Assembly (NCBI GenBank): GCA_964016885.1
Contig: OZ024745.1
Span: 21,700,001-21,764,000, forward strand
Origin: Eledone cirrhosa
Taxonomy: Eukaryota
Direction of reading: 5' to 3'
Length of the DNA: 64,000 nucleotides
The position numbers were made by a program, and so were the translations under genes. Shown here piece by piece: positions 29,118 through 41,477 of the stretch; the stretch's first letter is position 1, and each line of letters begins with the position of its first letter. The notes below the pieces were generated by a model that saw only the letters and a list, made by a program, of their open reading frames with translations, made no database searches and was not told the DNA's origin.

Positions 29118-29877
29118 GGTGATGATGGTGATGATGATGGTGATGATGATGGTGGTGATGATGGTGATGGTGGTGATGATGGTGATGGTGGTGATGATGG
29201 TGATGGTGATGGTGATGATGATGGTGATGATGGTGATGGTGATGGTGATGGTGATGATGATGGTGATGGTGATGATGGTGATGGTGCTGATGGTGATGGT
29301 GATGGTGATGGTGATGGTGGTGATGATGGTGATGTTGGTGATGGTGGTGATGATGGTGATGATGATGATGGTGATGAAGATGATGGGGATGGTGATGATG
29401 ATGGTGATGGTGATGATGGTGATGGTGGTGATGGTGATGGTGGTGATGGTGGTGATGAAGATGATGGTGATGGTGATGATGATGGTGATGGTGATGGTGG
29501 TGGTGATGGTGATGGTGATGGTGATGGTGATGATGGTGATAGTGATGGTGATGGTGGTGATTATGGTGATGATGGTGGTGATGGTGATGGTGGTAGTGGT
29601 AGTGGTGGTGGTGATGGTGGTGATTATGGTGATGATGGTGGTGATGGTGATGTAGGTGGTGGTGATGGTGGTGATGATGGTGATGATGATGATGATGGTG
29701 GTGGTGGTGATGGTGGTGATGTTGATTGTGATGGTGGTGATGGTGGTGATGATGGTGATGATGGTGGTGGTGGTGGTGATGGTGATGATGATGGTGGTGG
29801 TGGTGATGGTGATGGTGGTGATGTTGATTGTGATGGTGGTGGTGGTGGTGGTGATGGTGGTGATGGTGGTGGTGGTG
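28180..29877. repeat. (GAT/GGT)n mixed trinucleotide array with an internal 537-bp duplication
   Basis: Rare variants recur 537 bp apart (GGAG at 28527/29064; GC at 28749/29286). Confidence 0.93.
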
Positions 29878-30304
29878 AGAAAGGATAAAGATGATGTTGA
29901 TGATTGGCAGTAGTGATTGTGGCTTTGGTTGTGGTGTGTATGCATGTGTACGTATATATTTGTGAGCGTGTGTGCGTATATGTATGTGAGTGTGTGTGCG
30001 TATGTGTATTTGTGCGTAAATGTAAGAGTGTGTATAGATGCGTATATGTGTGTGTGTTTATGTGGGCGTATGTATGCGAGAGTTTGAAAGTGTGCGTTTT
30101 TATGCGTGAGTATGTGTGTGTGTATATGTGTGATTGTAAATGTGCGCATGTATATGTGTGAATGTGGATGTGAGCGTATATGTGGGTGCGTGTTTCTGTG
30201 CATATATGTGTGTGAGTGTGTATTGTGTGCATATAAGTGCGTGATTGTGTAGGTTTGCGTACGTGTGAGTGCGTATTTGTGTGAGTATATGTGTGCGTGT
30301 ATGT

Positions 30305-32540
30305 GTGGTGGTGGTGGTGCTGCTGCTGCTGTTGGTGGTGGTGATGTCGGCAGTGGCGTTGAGGTGGTGGTTGGTGCCGTTGGTGGTGGTGGTGGCGGCG
30401 GCGGTGGTGTGGTGGGGGTGGGGGTGGTGATGGTGACGTTGGTGGTGATGTTGGGGGTCGCATTGGAGGTGGTGGTGGCAGTGGAGTTGGTGTTGGTTGT
30501 GGAGGTGGAGGTGGTGCTGGCAGTGTCGGAGGTGCTGTTGGAGGTGGTGTTTGGTGGTGATGTTGGTGGTGGTGTTGGTGGTGTTAGAGGTCGTGTTGGA
30601 GGTGGTGTTGGTGGTGTTTGAGGTGGTGTTGGAGGTGGTGTTGGTGGTGGTGTTGGTGTTAGAGGTGGTGTTGGTGGTGTTAGAGGTGGTGTTGGAGGTG
30701 GTGTTGGTGGTGTTTGAGGTGGTGTTGGAGGTGGTGTTGGTGGTGGTGTTGGTGGAGGTGTTGTTGGTGGTGTTGGAGGTGGTGTTGGTGGTGGCGTTAG
30801 AGGTGGTGTTGGAGGTGGTGTTGGTGGTGGTGTTAGAGGTGGTGTTGGTGGTGGTGTTAGAGGTGGTGTTGGTGGTGGTGTTGGTGGTGGTGTTGGTGGT
30901 GGTGTTAGTGGTGGTGTTGGTGGTGGTGTTAGTGGTGGTGTTAGAGGTGGTGTTGTTGGTGGTGTTGGTGGTGGTGTTGGTGGTGGTGGTGTTGGTGGTG
31001 TTTGAGGTGGTGTTGGAGGTGGTGTTGGTGGTGGTGTTGGTGGAGGTGTTGTTGGTGGTGTTGGAGGTGGTGTTGGTGGTGGTGTTAGAGGTGGTGTTGG
31101 AGGTGGTGTTGGTGGTGGTGTTAGAGGTGGTGTTGGTGGTGTTAGAGGTGGTGTTGGAGGTGGTGTTGGTGGTGTTTGAGGTGGTGTTGGAGGTGGTGTT
31201 GGTGGTGGTGTTGGTGGAGGTGTTGTTGGTGGTGTTGGAGGTGGTGTTGGTGGTGGTGTTAGAGGTGGTGTTGGAGGTGGTGTTGGTGGTGGTGTTAGAG
31301 GTGGTGTTGGTGGTGGTGTTAGAGGTGGTGTTGGTGGTGGTGTTGGTGGTGGTGGTGTTGGTGGTGGTGTTAGTGGTGGTGTTGGAGGTGGTGTTGGTGG
31401 TGGTGTTAGAGGTGGTGTTGTTGGTGGTGTTGGTGGTGGTGGTGTTGGTGGTGGTGTTAGTGGTGGTGTTGGAGGTGGTGTTGGTGGTAGTGTTAGAGGT
31501 GGTGTTGGTGGTGGTGTTGGTGGAAGTGTTGGTGGCGGTGTTGGTGGTGGTGTTGGTGTTGGTGTTGGTGGTGGTGTTGGTGTTGGTGTTGGTGGTGGTG
31601 TTGGTGGTGGTGTTGGTGTTGGTGGTGGTGTTGGTGTTGGTGTTGGTGGTGGTGTTGGTGGTGGTGTTGGTGTTGGTGTTGGTGGTGGTGTTGGTGGTGG
31701 TGTTGGAGGTGGTGTTGGAGGTGGTGTTGGTGTTGGTGTTGATGGTGTTGTTGGTGGTGGTGTTGGTGGTGGTGTTGGAGGTGGTGTTGGAGGTGGTGTT
31801 GGAGGTAGTGTTGATGGTGTTGTTGGTGGTGGTGTTGGTGTTGGTGTTAGAAGTAGTGTTGATGGTGGTGTTAGAGGTGGTCTTGGTGGTGTTGATGGTG
31901 GTGTTGTTGGTGGTGGTGTTGGTGGTGTTGTTGGTGGTGTTGGTGGTGGTGGTGTTGGTGGTGTTGTTGGTGGTGTTGTTGGAGGTGGTGTAGGTGGTGT
32001 TGTTGGTGGTGGTGTTGGTGTTGGTGTTAGAGGTGGTCTTGGTGGTGTTGATGGTGGTGTTTTTGGTGGTGGTGTTGGTGGTGTTGTTGGTGGTGTTGGT
32101 GGTGGTGGTGTTGGTGGTGTTGTTGGTGGTGTTTTGGAGGTGGTGTAGGTGGTGTTGTTGGTGGTGGTGTTGGTGTTGGTGTTAGAGGTGGTGTTGGTGA
32201 TGTTGTTGGTGGTGGTGTTGGAGGTGGTGTAGGTGGTGTTGTTGGTGGTGGTGTTGGTGTTGGTGTTAGAGGTGGTGTTGGTGATGTTGTTGGTGGTGGT
32301 GTTGGTGTTGGTGTTAGAGGTGGTGTTGGTGATGTTGTTGGTGGTGGTGTTGGAGGTGATGTTGGTGGTGGTGTTGGAGGTGGTGTTGGAGGTGGTGTTG
32401 GTGTTGGTGTTAGAGGTGGTGTTGGTGATGTTGTTGGTGGTGGTGTTGGAGGTGGTGTTGGAGGTGGTGTTGGGGGTGGTGTTGGAGGTGGTGTTGGAGG
32501 TGGTGTTGGAGGTGGTGTTGGAGGTGGTGTTGGAGGTGGC
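30305..32540. repeat. (GGT/GTT/GGA/AGA) trinucleotide-derived array
   Basis: Direct reading. Confidence 0.93.
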
Positions 32541-32809
32541 AGTGGAGCGATAATGATGAGAATGACGATAATAGTGTTGGGAAGATAATGATGATGGTTT
32601 GTGAAGCGGCATAGCCAAGTACAGTGCTATTATTTCGTGATTAGATTTCATAGTAAGGCGCCAAACCTACGCAATGGAGAAAGTAATTGGAGTTCTTGGC
32701 ATTTACAGCATACAACCACTCTGGCCGTTAGTCAGTCTATCTGTCTGTCTCTTTCTCTCTCTCTTTCTCTTTCTCTCTCTCACTATTTCTTTCTCTCACC
32801 ACCACCCCA

Positions 32810-32859
<50 letters not shown>

Positions 32860-32937
32860 GACATATATATTTATATATATATATATATAGACATATATAT
32901 GTATATATATATATAGACATATATATGTATATATATA

Positions 32938-32977
<40 letters not shown>

Positions 32978-33058
32978 GGTTTAGTTAGATAACTAGCTAT
33001 CACTTTATCTCTCTATGTATCAATGTATCTATCTCACTATGTATCAATCTATCTATCT

Positions 33059-33718
33059 TGCGGAAATTGGAGCTGTTGCAGGGCATCCCTCTAGAACCGG
33101 GACTGCGCAAAGCGGCGTCGGCTTGGGCCGACGACGTGACGGTAATGGTGTCGAGTACCTTGGAAATCGGGGTGATCAGCAATTTACTGAAAAAATACGA
33201 AACGCTGACGGGAGCAAAACTAAACCCGGACAAGTCTGTCGGTTTGCAACTCGGTACGTGGAGAGGCAAACCGATGACGTCCGACAGCGTCGTTGGACGC
33301 TGGACGGACGGATCGGTGAAATTGCTCGGGGTCTGGTTCGGTCCAGACCTCCAGGTGGAGAAAAACTGGAACGAAGTTACGGCTACGGTGTAAGCGCTCA
33401 CCCAGAAGTGGGCAGAGTGCAAAATGTCCTTGAAAGGTCGAGCGGAGGTGGCGAACAGTTTCATAGCGTCCGTCATCTATGTAGGTTAAAGAAGAGAGCA
33501 AAAGGAAGAAAGGAGTACTTGCACAACCCGCCCCTGAAGTTGAGGGTTGTTCTATCGACGGGGTATTAAACAACCCATTTGTGACGCCTCCTCCCTATTG
33601 GGGATTTCGATTGTTATAATTGTTTGTTTTAAATTTTTTACACGATTGTATATAAAATCCCCGGCATGTCTTTGTTTTGTCCCCTTTTCTTGTGCGCCCT
33701 TGTGGCTAATAAAGAAAT
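33059..33718 (+). mobile_element. Tx1-clade LINE fragment: RT segment joined directly to a 3' UTR
   Basis: AWADDV..SVGLQLGTWRG; coding ends at CGTCATCTAT (33480) and jumps to GTAG + UTR ending CCCTTGTGGCTAATAAA. (TATC)n on both sides. Confidence 0.85.
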
Positions 33719-33806
33719 ATATCTATCTACCTACCTACCTACCTACCTACCTACCTACCTACCTATCTATCTACCTATCCACCTATCTATCTACCTATCT
33801 ATCTAC

Positions 33807-33836
<30 letters not shown>

Positions 33837-33837
<1 letters not shown>

Positions 33838-36448
33838 GGAGCGATCGTCAACAGCAGGTGGTGGGTATCTCTAAAGAGAGAGATTAGAGTAGTCTCGATA
33901 GAATTTACTAAGGTTCTAGCTGCGGATAGGAATAAGAAGGAAAGGGAGCTAATAGATAGAGTAGAAGAGGCAATTAGAAGCGGCGACGTGGCCAGAGTGC
34001 TAGCGTCGAGAACGGCTTTGAGCCAGTTTTTCGACGCGAAGCACGAAGGCTGCGTTGTCCGAAGTAAAATACGTGCTCTAGGGAACGAGGGGACCAAAGC
34101 TGTTAGCTGGTCCCGCGTGACAGAGGTCAACAGTGGAACTAAATCCACTATCCGGTCTTTGCAAGACCAGGATGGACGGGCGATTCTTGAGCCTAAGCAG
34201 ATGTGTGAGGCCTTTCAAAGGCACTTTGCCCGACTGTTCGGAAGGGGCGGGGAGTAGGTTGGGGATGTAGACTTCGGTCCATACCTCGACGGCCTACCGC
34301 GTCTCTCGGACAGGGAGGCGAAGTCCTGCGAGGAGCCGATTTCAGCCGCTGAGATAGAGGACGTGCTGAGCCAATGCGGCAAACGCAAATCCCCGGGTCT
34401 CGATGGTCTTCCATACGAACTATATCTAGCTTGTTCCCCGATCTCCTCGAAGCGGTCTACTGCAACTGGCAAAAGAACGGGAGAATTCCCTGTACTGTGA
34501 CCAAGGGCGTAGTCACGCTAGTGAGGAAGGACGAGAACAAGGGGGACGAAATAAGTAACTTCAGGCCCATAACTCTGCTAAATACAGAGTTACCGATTTT
34601 GACCAAGGTGCTAGCAAAGATGTTGGCGCTTACGTGGGCAACCTGGTGGGAGATGCGCAGACATGTGCTATCCCGTCCAGGTCCATCCATGACAACCTCC
34701 ACCTAATGCGATACATCATAGAGAGGGTTGGGAGCGAACCCGGCTTTGGTGGGGCTCTGATCAACTTGGATCAATCTAAGGCGTTCGATAGGGTCGACCA
34801 TGGTTACCTGGATGCGGTGCTAGCGGCGGCAGGCTTCGGACCCGTTTTCAGGGTCTGGATCACTGCTATGCACAGCAGCCACATCTGCTCTAGGCTCAAG
34901 GTGAACGGCTACCTCTCGGAGCCATTCAAAATCGCGCGGTCCATCCGACAGGGGTGCCCTCTCTCCTCCCTTCTGTATGTGTTGACTCTCGAGCCACTAC
35001 TGCGGAAGTTGGAGTTGTTGCAGGGCATCCCTTTGGAACCGGGATTGCAGAAAGCGGTGTCGGCCTACGCCGATGACGTGACAGTAATGGTGTCGACGGC
35101 CTCCGAAATCGGGGCGGTCCGCACCTTACTGGAGGAGTACGATAGGTTCACAGGGGCTAAGCTGAACCGGGACAAGTCGATCGGTTTGCAACTTGGCACG
35201 TGGAGAGGCAGACAGATGCCCTCCGATGGCGCCGTCGGACGCTGGACGGAGGGCCCGGTGAAGTTGCTCGGGGTCTGGTTCGGACCAGACCTCCAGGTGG
35301 AGAAGAACTGGGCGGAGATTACGAACAGGGTGTTTGCACTGACCCAGAAGTGGGCCAGTTGCAAACTATCCCTGAAAGGTCGGGCGGAGGTGGCGAACAC
35401 CTATATAGCGTCCGTCATCTACTACCGCCTGACCGTAGTGCCTTGCCCAAGGGAAACCCTCGCCAAGATGGAGCGCGCACTCTTCCAATTCCTTTGGAAG
35501 AGGCGGGCTCCCTTGGTGAGGAGATCCATCTGCTGTCAATACCCTTCGAAAGGAGGGCTGGAGATGCCGTGGCTAATGATGCGTAAACACGCATTAAGGC
35601 TACGGCACCTCCACGTATTCCTCACCGGTCAACCGGTGTGGGCCTCGTTTGTGAGACGAACCTTTCCCAGACTCGTCTCACTCACCGAGCTGCAATCCTG
35701 GGTCAAGCAAAGACCGAGAAAACTGGGCGCCTGGCACACTGAGTGTGCCAAGGGGCTCACTGCCCTCTGGCAGGCGGATCCGGTTATCAGTGGAGACTCC
35801 ACCGCAACATTCTATAGAGGGCTGGTACGCAGCAGGTGCGACGACGCCCTCGGAGAAGCCGTAGACATGGAGGAAGACGAACTGGCCAGCCTGTTCGGTA
35901 GGACATTCAGCCCGGGACCTATGGACAACTTCCAGAAGTCCCTGGCCTGGCAGTGCTACCGAGGGGCTCTACCCGTTCGAGAAAAGCTCTACAGACACGG
36001 GCGCCCGGGTAGGGACCCCGCCAAAAAGATCTGTCCCAGATGCGTGTGCGACAAGGAAACCGTTGCACACGCATTGGTACACTGCTCGGGCGTAGCCGAT
36101 CTGTGGGGCTATGTCGAACAACTGCTGTCAAGGGTGGGACCGATCCGGTTGACCACCGAGTCTATTGTAATGATCAAGCCGCCTCCCCACTTCAAAGATG
36201 AAGGAGAGGCGGTGTTTCTGTGCGTAATAGCCATGGCGAAAGAAGTTGTATGGTGGACGCGTCTGAAAGGACTGAGGTCAGGCACCTTTCTCTCTGGCCA
36301 ACAACTGGTCCGTTTCTTCCGATATCATTTCGGAAGAAGGATCAGGATGGAAAGAGAGGTGCTGCACCCCAGCCGTTTTTATGAAAGGTGGGTGAAAGTG
36401 GCGAGAATGGCCCGTGTGAATGGGCCTTCTCTTTACATAAGCCTGTAG
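33837..36448 (+). pseudogene. Disrupted LINE ORF2 reverse transcriptase (longest open part 34634-36448)
   Basis: Stop at 34255-34257 and frameshifts near 34430 and 34630. Confidence 0.88.
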
Positions 36449-36711
36449 GTGGAAAAGAGGAATGAACGAGGGAGCACCCCCTCTCTGTGCTCCCGAGGAG
36501 AAGGGTTGCACACTTTTTTCGGGGGTGTGTGCGACCCCCCAAGGCGCCTCCTCTCTATTGAGGATTTTGTTATAAATTTTATTTTTTGTTATATTTTATT
36601 TTATTTTTATATTTTGTTATTGCCTCCTCCTTATTGAGGACGCCTTGTTTTGTAAACTCCCCCCATTGTACTTGTCCCACTTTTGATGCCCTGGTGGCAA
36701 ATAAAAGAAAC
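33837..36711 (+). mobile_element. 5'-truncated Tx1/L1-clade LINE (ORF2 without the endonuclease, plus 3' UTR)
   Basis: KSPGLDGLPYE, NFRPITLLN, LINLDQSKAFDRVDH, RQGCPLS, YADD and a C-terminal zf-RVT. Flanked by (CTAT/CTAC)n. Confidence 0.93.
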
Positions 36712-36842
36712 ATATCTATCTATCTATCTACCTATTTATCTACCTACCTACCTATCTACCTATCTAGCTATCTACCTATCTAGCTATCTACCCATCTAGC
36801 AGTCAATATTAGTCATTTTCAAGAGCATTAGATGCCTAATTC

Positions 36843-37036
36843 ATAGGCTGAAAACTTGATAGGCTGATTAAGATCCTCTCATGGAATGACCAAATGAGAT
36901 TTATTTTTCCACACAGTCTCTGAAAAGAAAAAAATGTAGTTATTAATAAGACGAGTTGAAATTAATGCCTGCAAGATTTCTTAGCTCTAGCATCACTCCT
37001 TCATATCCAGTCCGTGAACTTTTCAGCTTACCATCG
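36843..37036. mobile_element. Mariner-type MITE (inverted homolog of 5862-6057)
   Basis: Shared TIRs and internal CATGGAATGACCAAATG and GCTCTAGCATCA. Confidence 0.7.
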
Positions 37037-37149
37037 TATGAATAATAATATGAAAATCGATCTGTACATGCACACTGACACACACTTACGCAAGCACACA
37101 CATACACACACTCACACACACTCATTTTCTCTCGCACGCACACATACAC

Positions 37150-37330
37150 ACGGTGAGTTTGCAGTTTGACATCTGAATGGAAAAATCCTTGTTCAACAGC
37201 GTCGGGCAATTGACTGACGGTCCGGTTAAGTTGCTCTTGATCTGGTTTGATCCAGACCTCCAAGTGGATAAGAACTAGGTAGAAGTAAAGAGTAGGGTGG
37301 TCACTCTCACTCAGAAATTGGCCGAGAGGA
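37150..37330 (+). mobile_element. Old Tx1 RT fragment
   Basis: Degenerate match to GLQLGTW...GPVKLL..WF.PDLQV.KNW. Confidence 0.7.
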
Positions 37331-38035
37331 AACAAACAAGAGCTCTTACTTAATTGGCACGAAATTCCAGGTGAAATTATGCACCCAGGATGAATTCTTC
37401 CATTGCTTCCTATTGCGAGGTATCTGCAAGGTGTGTCATGCGATTTACTCCGCCCGACAGTGCAGGTGGCCAGTGTATGGCTTCTGCACTTGGACTCACA
37501 TGTAAGAGGTGGGGACTTGGTTGAAATCAAAGATAGATGCTGTGTTTCCAGCAAGACATAAGTTATTCCACCAAGGTATTACTTCACCCCGAACTCCACA
37601 TACATATTCTTTGTACCTCAGTCAGAACTAAAGACATATCTAACGTATCTAGTTCCCTTTTTACTTTTACTTCTTTTCCCTATTATACTATTCCCTTCAG
37701 TGACTCAATGAGAGGACACTTATGCGGCGGTTCCATCTGGCAAAAATAGCAGCCAGATTTCAACTGAAAACCTACCAAACTAAAGTACGTCACATTGATC
37801 ATATGTCTACTCAAGCAGAACTGATTTGGTGATAAACAACAACGGAATTCTTTTCTAAAGTAATGAATCTTGCAGCGCACTCCTTATAACATGTTCATTT
37901 ATAAAGAATGAACAATTCTTAATTCTGGTGTACAGATGTTTCCAGACGTTGGGCTAATGGTAGGGATAGGAATGGACATTATTGAGAACGGTATTCACTG
38001 GAAGTTGTCCAAGTGTGTGATTTTATTTAGGTTTC

Positions 38036-38376
38036 TTTGGTATAGAGGTAGGAATGAGATATCTGCATGTGTGTATGTTTGGTATAGAGGTAGGAATGAG
38101 ACGTCTGCCTGTGTGTGTGTTTGGTATAGAGGTAGGAATGAGATATCTGCCTGTGTGTATGTTTGGTATAGAGGTAGGAATGAGACGTCTGCCTGTGTGT
38201 TTGGTATAGAGGTAGGAATGAGACATCTGCCTGTGTGTATGTTTGGTATAGAGGTAGGAATGAGATATCTGCCTGTGTGTATGTTTGGTATAGAGGTAGG
38301 AATGAGACGTCTGCCTGTGTGTATGTTTGGTATAGAGGTAGGAATGAGACGTCTGCCTGTGTGTGTGTGTGTTTGG
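38036..38376. repeat. ~42-bp minisatellite x8
   Basis: TTTGGTATAGAGGTAGGAATGAGA(T/C)(A/G)TCTGCCTGTGTGTATG. Confidence 0.95.
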
Positions 38377-39039
38377 TTTCGTAGTTAGGAATGTAAGCAC
38401 TGATTACAGGAAGTATCAGAGTGGATGCACTCCGCTTGTGTACAAAACATTCAATGAATTCAGACTCCAATGGTTGACTAGGAGACACTCCTACGGTATA
38501 CACAATCGCCGGCAAATACGATTATTGTTGATACAGTGTAAAAGCTAAATGATATTAAATTTCAATGACGTACTACATACGAATGCATATATATTATAGA
38601 CGCACATACGCCAACGTATACTCACGTATATTCACACGTAGATACGCACATTCAGAAATATATATTTATACATGTGTCTATATACACTCATTCACAAACA
38701 TTCACACATGCACACAAACACATAGAAACGTATAGTTACATATATTCCAACAAAAATTACAATACTAAAATTTCTAGCTCAGACTAAACAAAAGAGATAT
38801 AAATGATGATAAATCTGATATGAAGCAAATGAAAGATATAAAAGTAATGAATTATTAGAGGAGAATTTATTTCGATAAAGGTAGGAGGTTTATTTGACGA
38901 AGACAATAGTATGTGACACATTCCTATTCCATAAACACTGCACGGAGTGACAGCAATACTTGAATTCAGAAACTTTAACAGAGATGCTAAATAATCTTAT
39001 GTCTTTAGGCAAGTGTTTTACTGTTAACTCTAAATTCCC

Positions 39040-39420
39040 TAATAATTGTTTCTACATTTGGCACAAGGCCAGCAATAACGCAGTGCATTACTGGTACTTT
39101 ATTTTATCCGTAAAGAACCTCGGCGGAATCTGAATTCAAAGCGTAAATGGTCGTAATAATAATTGTTTCTACTTTTGGCACAAGGCCAGCAATTATCCCA
39201 GTGTATTGCTGGTACTTTATTTTATCGACCCCGTAAGGATGAAAAGCAAAGTTAACCTCGGCGGGAGTTGAACTCAGACCATAAGTGGCCGTAACTCTTG
39301 GCTGCAAAGCATGACGTCCGACCCTCTACCGATACTGCCAATCCACCGCCCTCGAGCCATAACTGTATGCCGCAAAACAGGTTGTAGACGCTTTACCGAT
39401 ACTACCAACCCAATGCCCTT
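39040..39420 (-). mobile_element. SINE cluster: one deleted copy, one full copy (39156-39352) and one head fragment
   Basis: Family motifs. Confidence 0.8.
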
Positions 39421-39422
39421 CC

Positions 39423-39499
<77 letters not shown>

Positions 39500-39516
39500 T
39501 TAATAATAATAATAAT

Positions 39517-39856
39517 CTGATTGTGGATGTAGCCTGCCCATTCGACACGAGAGTGCAAGAGAAGGAGAGGGAGAACATTAACCGATACCAGGACTTAAAG
39601 TGGGAGGTAAAAAGGATTTGGAACTGCCATGAAGTCAAAGTGGTCCCGATTGTCATAGGCGCACTAGGTACTATCTCAAAGAGTTTCCAAGGATGGTTAA
39701 AGAAAATTGGTCCCGCCCCGCTTTTTGGAAAACTTCAAAAGGTATGCTTGCTGGGAACAGCAAGAACCCTCCGATACGTCCTGAATATCTGAGGCTGCAG
39801 GTAGTGGCTTGATATTCATTTCAACAAACTTTCCAGTTAAATAACATCAATGACTG
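39517..39856 (+). mobile_element. R4/Dong-type RLE retrotransposon 3' fragment
   Basis: IVDVACPFD..EK..RYQDLKWE..VPIVIGALG; preceded by (TAA)n at 39423-39516. Confidence 0.88.
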
Positions 39857-41450
39857 CCCTTGCCCTGATCCTCCTGACCATTATATGCGAAAATGAGAGC
39901 AGGATACAAGTTGGGAAAGGGAGAGCTTACCATCAATCACCTCCTCTTCATGGACGATCTTAAGCTCTTCGGGAAGAGTGTGAAGGAGTTGGATGTGCTT
40001 GTTGACACTGTCCGTATTTTCAGCAATGATATATGTATGCAATTTGGTATTAGTAAGTGTGGAGTCCTAGTGATGAAGAGTTGTAAATTGAGCAGAAGCA
40101 ACGGAATCCAGGTACCAACAGGTGAGATGATAAAGGAAATTGATACTGAAAAAAGATACAAATATTTAGGTGTTCTGGAGGCAGATGACATCAAGAACCA
40201 AAAAATGAAGGAATTGATAAGATCTGAATACATTCGGAGAGTAAGGAGCGTATTAAAATCACATCTGAACAGTAGGAATGCCATAAGTGCAGTAAATTCC
40301 CGAGCTGTGTCTATTATTAGGTACAGTGCGAGATTTCTGAGATGGAATGTTGCTGAACAAAGAGAAATGGATAGGAAGACTAGGAAGCTATTGACTATCT
40401 ACAACATTTTCCACAAGAGGAGTGATGTCGATAGACTCTACTTAAGGAGATTTGAAGGTGGAAGATGTCTTATCAGCATAGAGGACTGTGTTCAGATGGA
40501 GAAAAACAACCTATACAAATACGTGACTGATAGTAGGGAGCCAATGCTCAGAATTGTACTGAAGGAGAGGACAATAGACCAGGGGATGTCCAAGGAGGAA
40601 ATAAAAACAAAGAGGAAGAGCAACCTTCATGAAAAATCTCTTCATAGTACCTTCTTTGAGAAAACTGAATTGAGAGATCCACAAACATGGAACTGGTTGA
40701 AAAGAGGAGATCTTAAAAAAGCTACAGAAGGAATGCTAATGGCTGCGCAAGATTAGGCCCTCAAAACGAAGTGGGTGAAACACCATATTTACAAGAAGGA
40801 GGCTAGCCCACTGTTTAGGATCTGTGGAGAGAGAGAGGAGACTGTGGATCACATTGTATGCGAGTGTAAACACCTAGCCCAGACTCACTATAAAGGCTGG
40901 TGACATGATGTGATGGGCAGGGTGATCCACTGGCACCTATGAAAAGTAAACAATTTACCACATACTGATAAAAGAAGCATAAGCCAGAGTTGGTGATAGA
41001 AAACGATCAGGTGAAGGTGCTGTGCGATTTTAGGATACAGACGGACAAGAAACTGGAATACAATAGACCTGACCTGGTGGTTTTGGACAAGGAAAAAAGA
41101 TCGTGCCTGATTGTGGATGTAGCCTGCCCATTCGACACTAGAGTGCAAGAGAAGGAGAGGGAGAACATTAACCGATACCAGGACTTAAAGTGGGAGGTAA
41201 AAAGGATTTGGAACTGCCATGAAGTCAAAGTGATCCCGATTGTCATAGGCGCACTAGGTACTATCTCAAAGAGTTTCCAAGGATGGTCAAATAAAATTGG
41301 TCCCGCCCCGGAACACTTCAAAAGGCATGCTTGCTGGGAACAGCAAGAACCCTCCGATACGTCCTGAATATCTGAGGCTGCAGGTAGTGGCTTGATATTC
41401 ATTTCAACAAAATTTCCAGTTAAATAACATCAATGACTGAGACTCAAAGA
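39857..41450 (+). mobile_element. 5'-truncated, disrupted R4/Dong-type retrotransposon (RT end, CCHC region, RLE)
   Basis: NHLLFMDDLKL, YKYLG, R..GGR.L, RICGEREETVDHIVCEC, RPDLVV..IVDVACP. Internal stops. Ends in (TAA)n. Confidence 0.92.
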
Positions 41451-41477
41451 ATAATAATAATAATAATAATAATGATG

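Noticed and set aside
28146-32651. 1501-aa Pro/Thr/Ile-rich ORF resembling a mucin or extensin
   Set aside because: It is a read-through of trinucleotide and dinucleotide repeats; both strands are open, which is typical of simple repeats.
36943-37554. 203-aa Cys-containing ORF
   Set aside because: Over half of it runs antisense through a Tx1 fragment, a CA repeat and a MITE; the rest has no recognisable domain.
38036-38376. Regular 42-bp repeats and their ORFs
   Set aside because: Plain minisatellite; variation is limited to a few bases and GT length.
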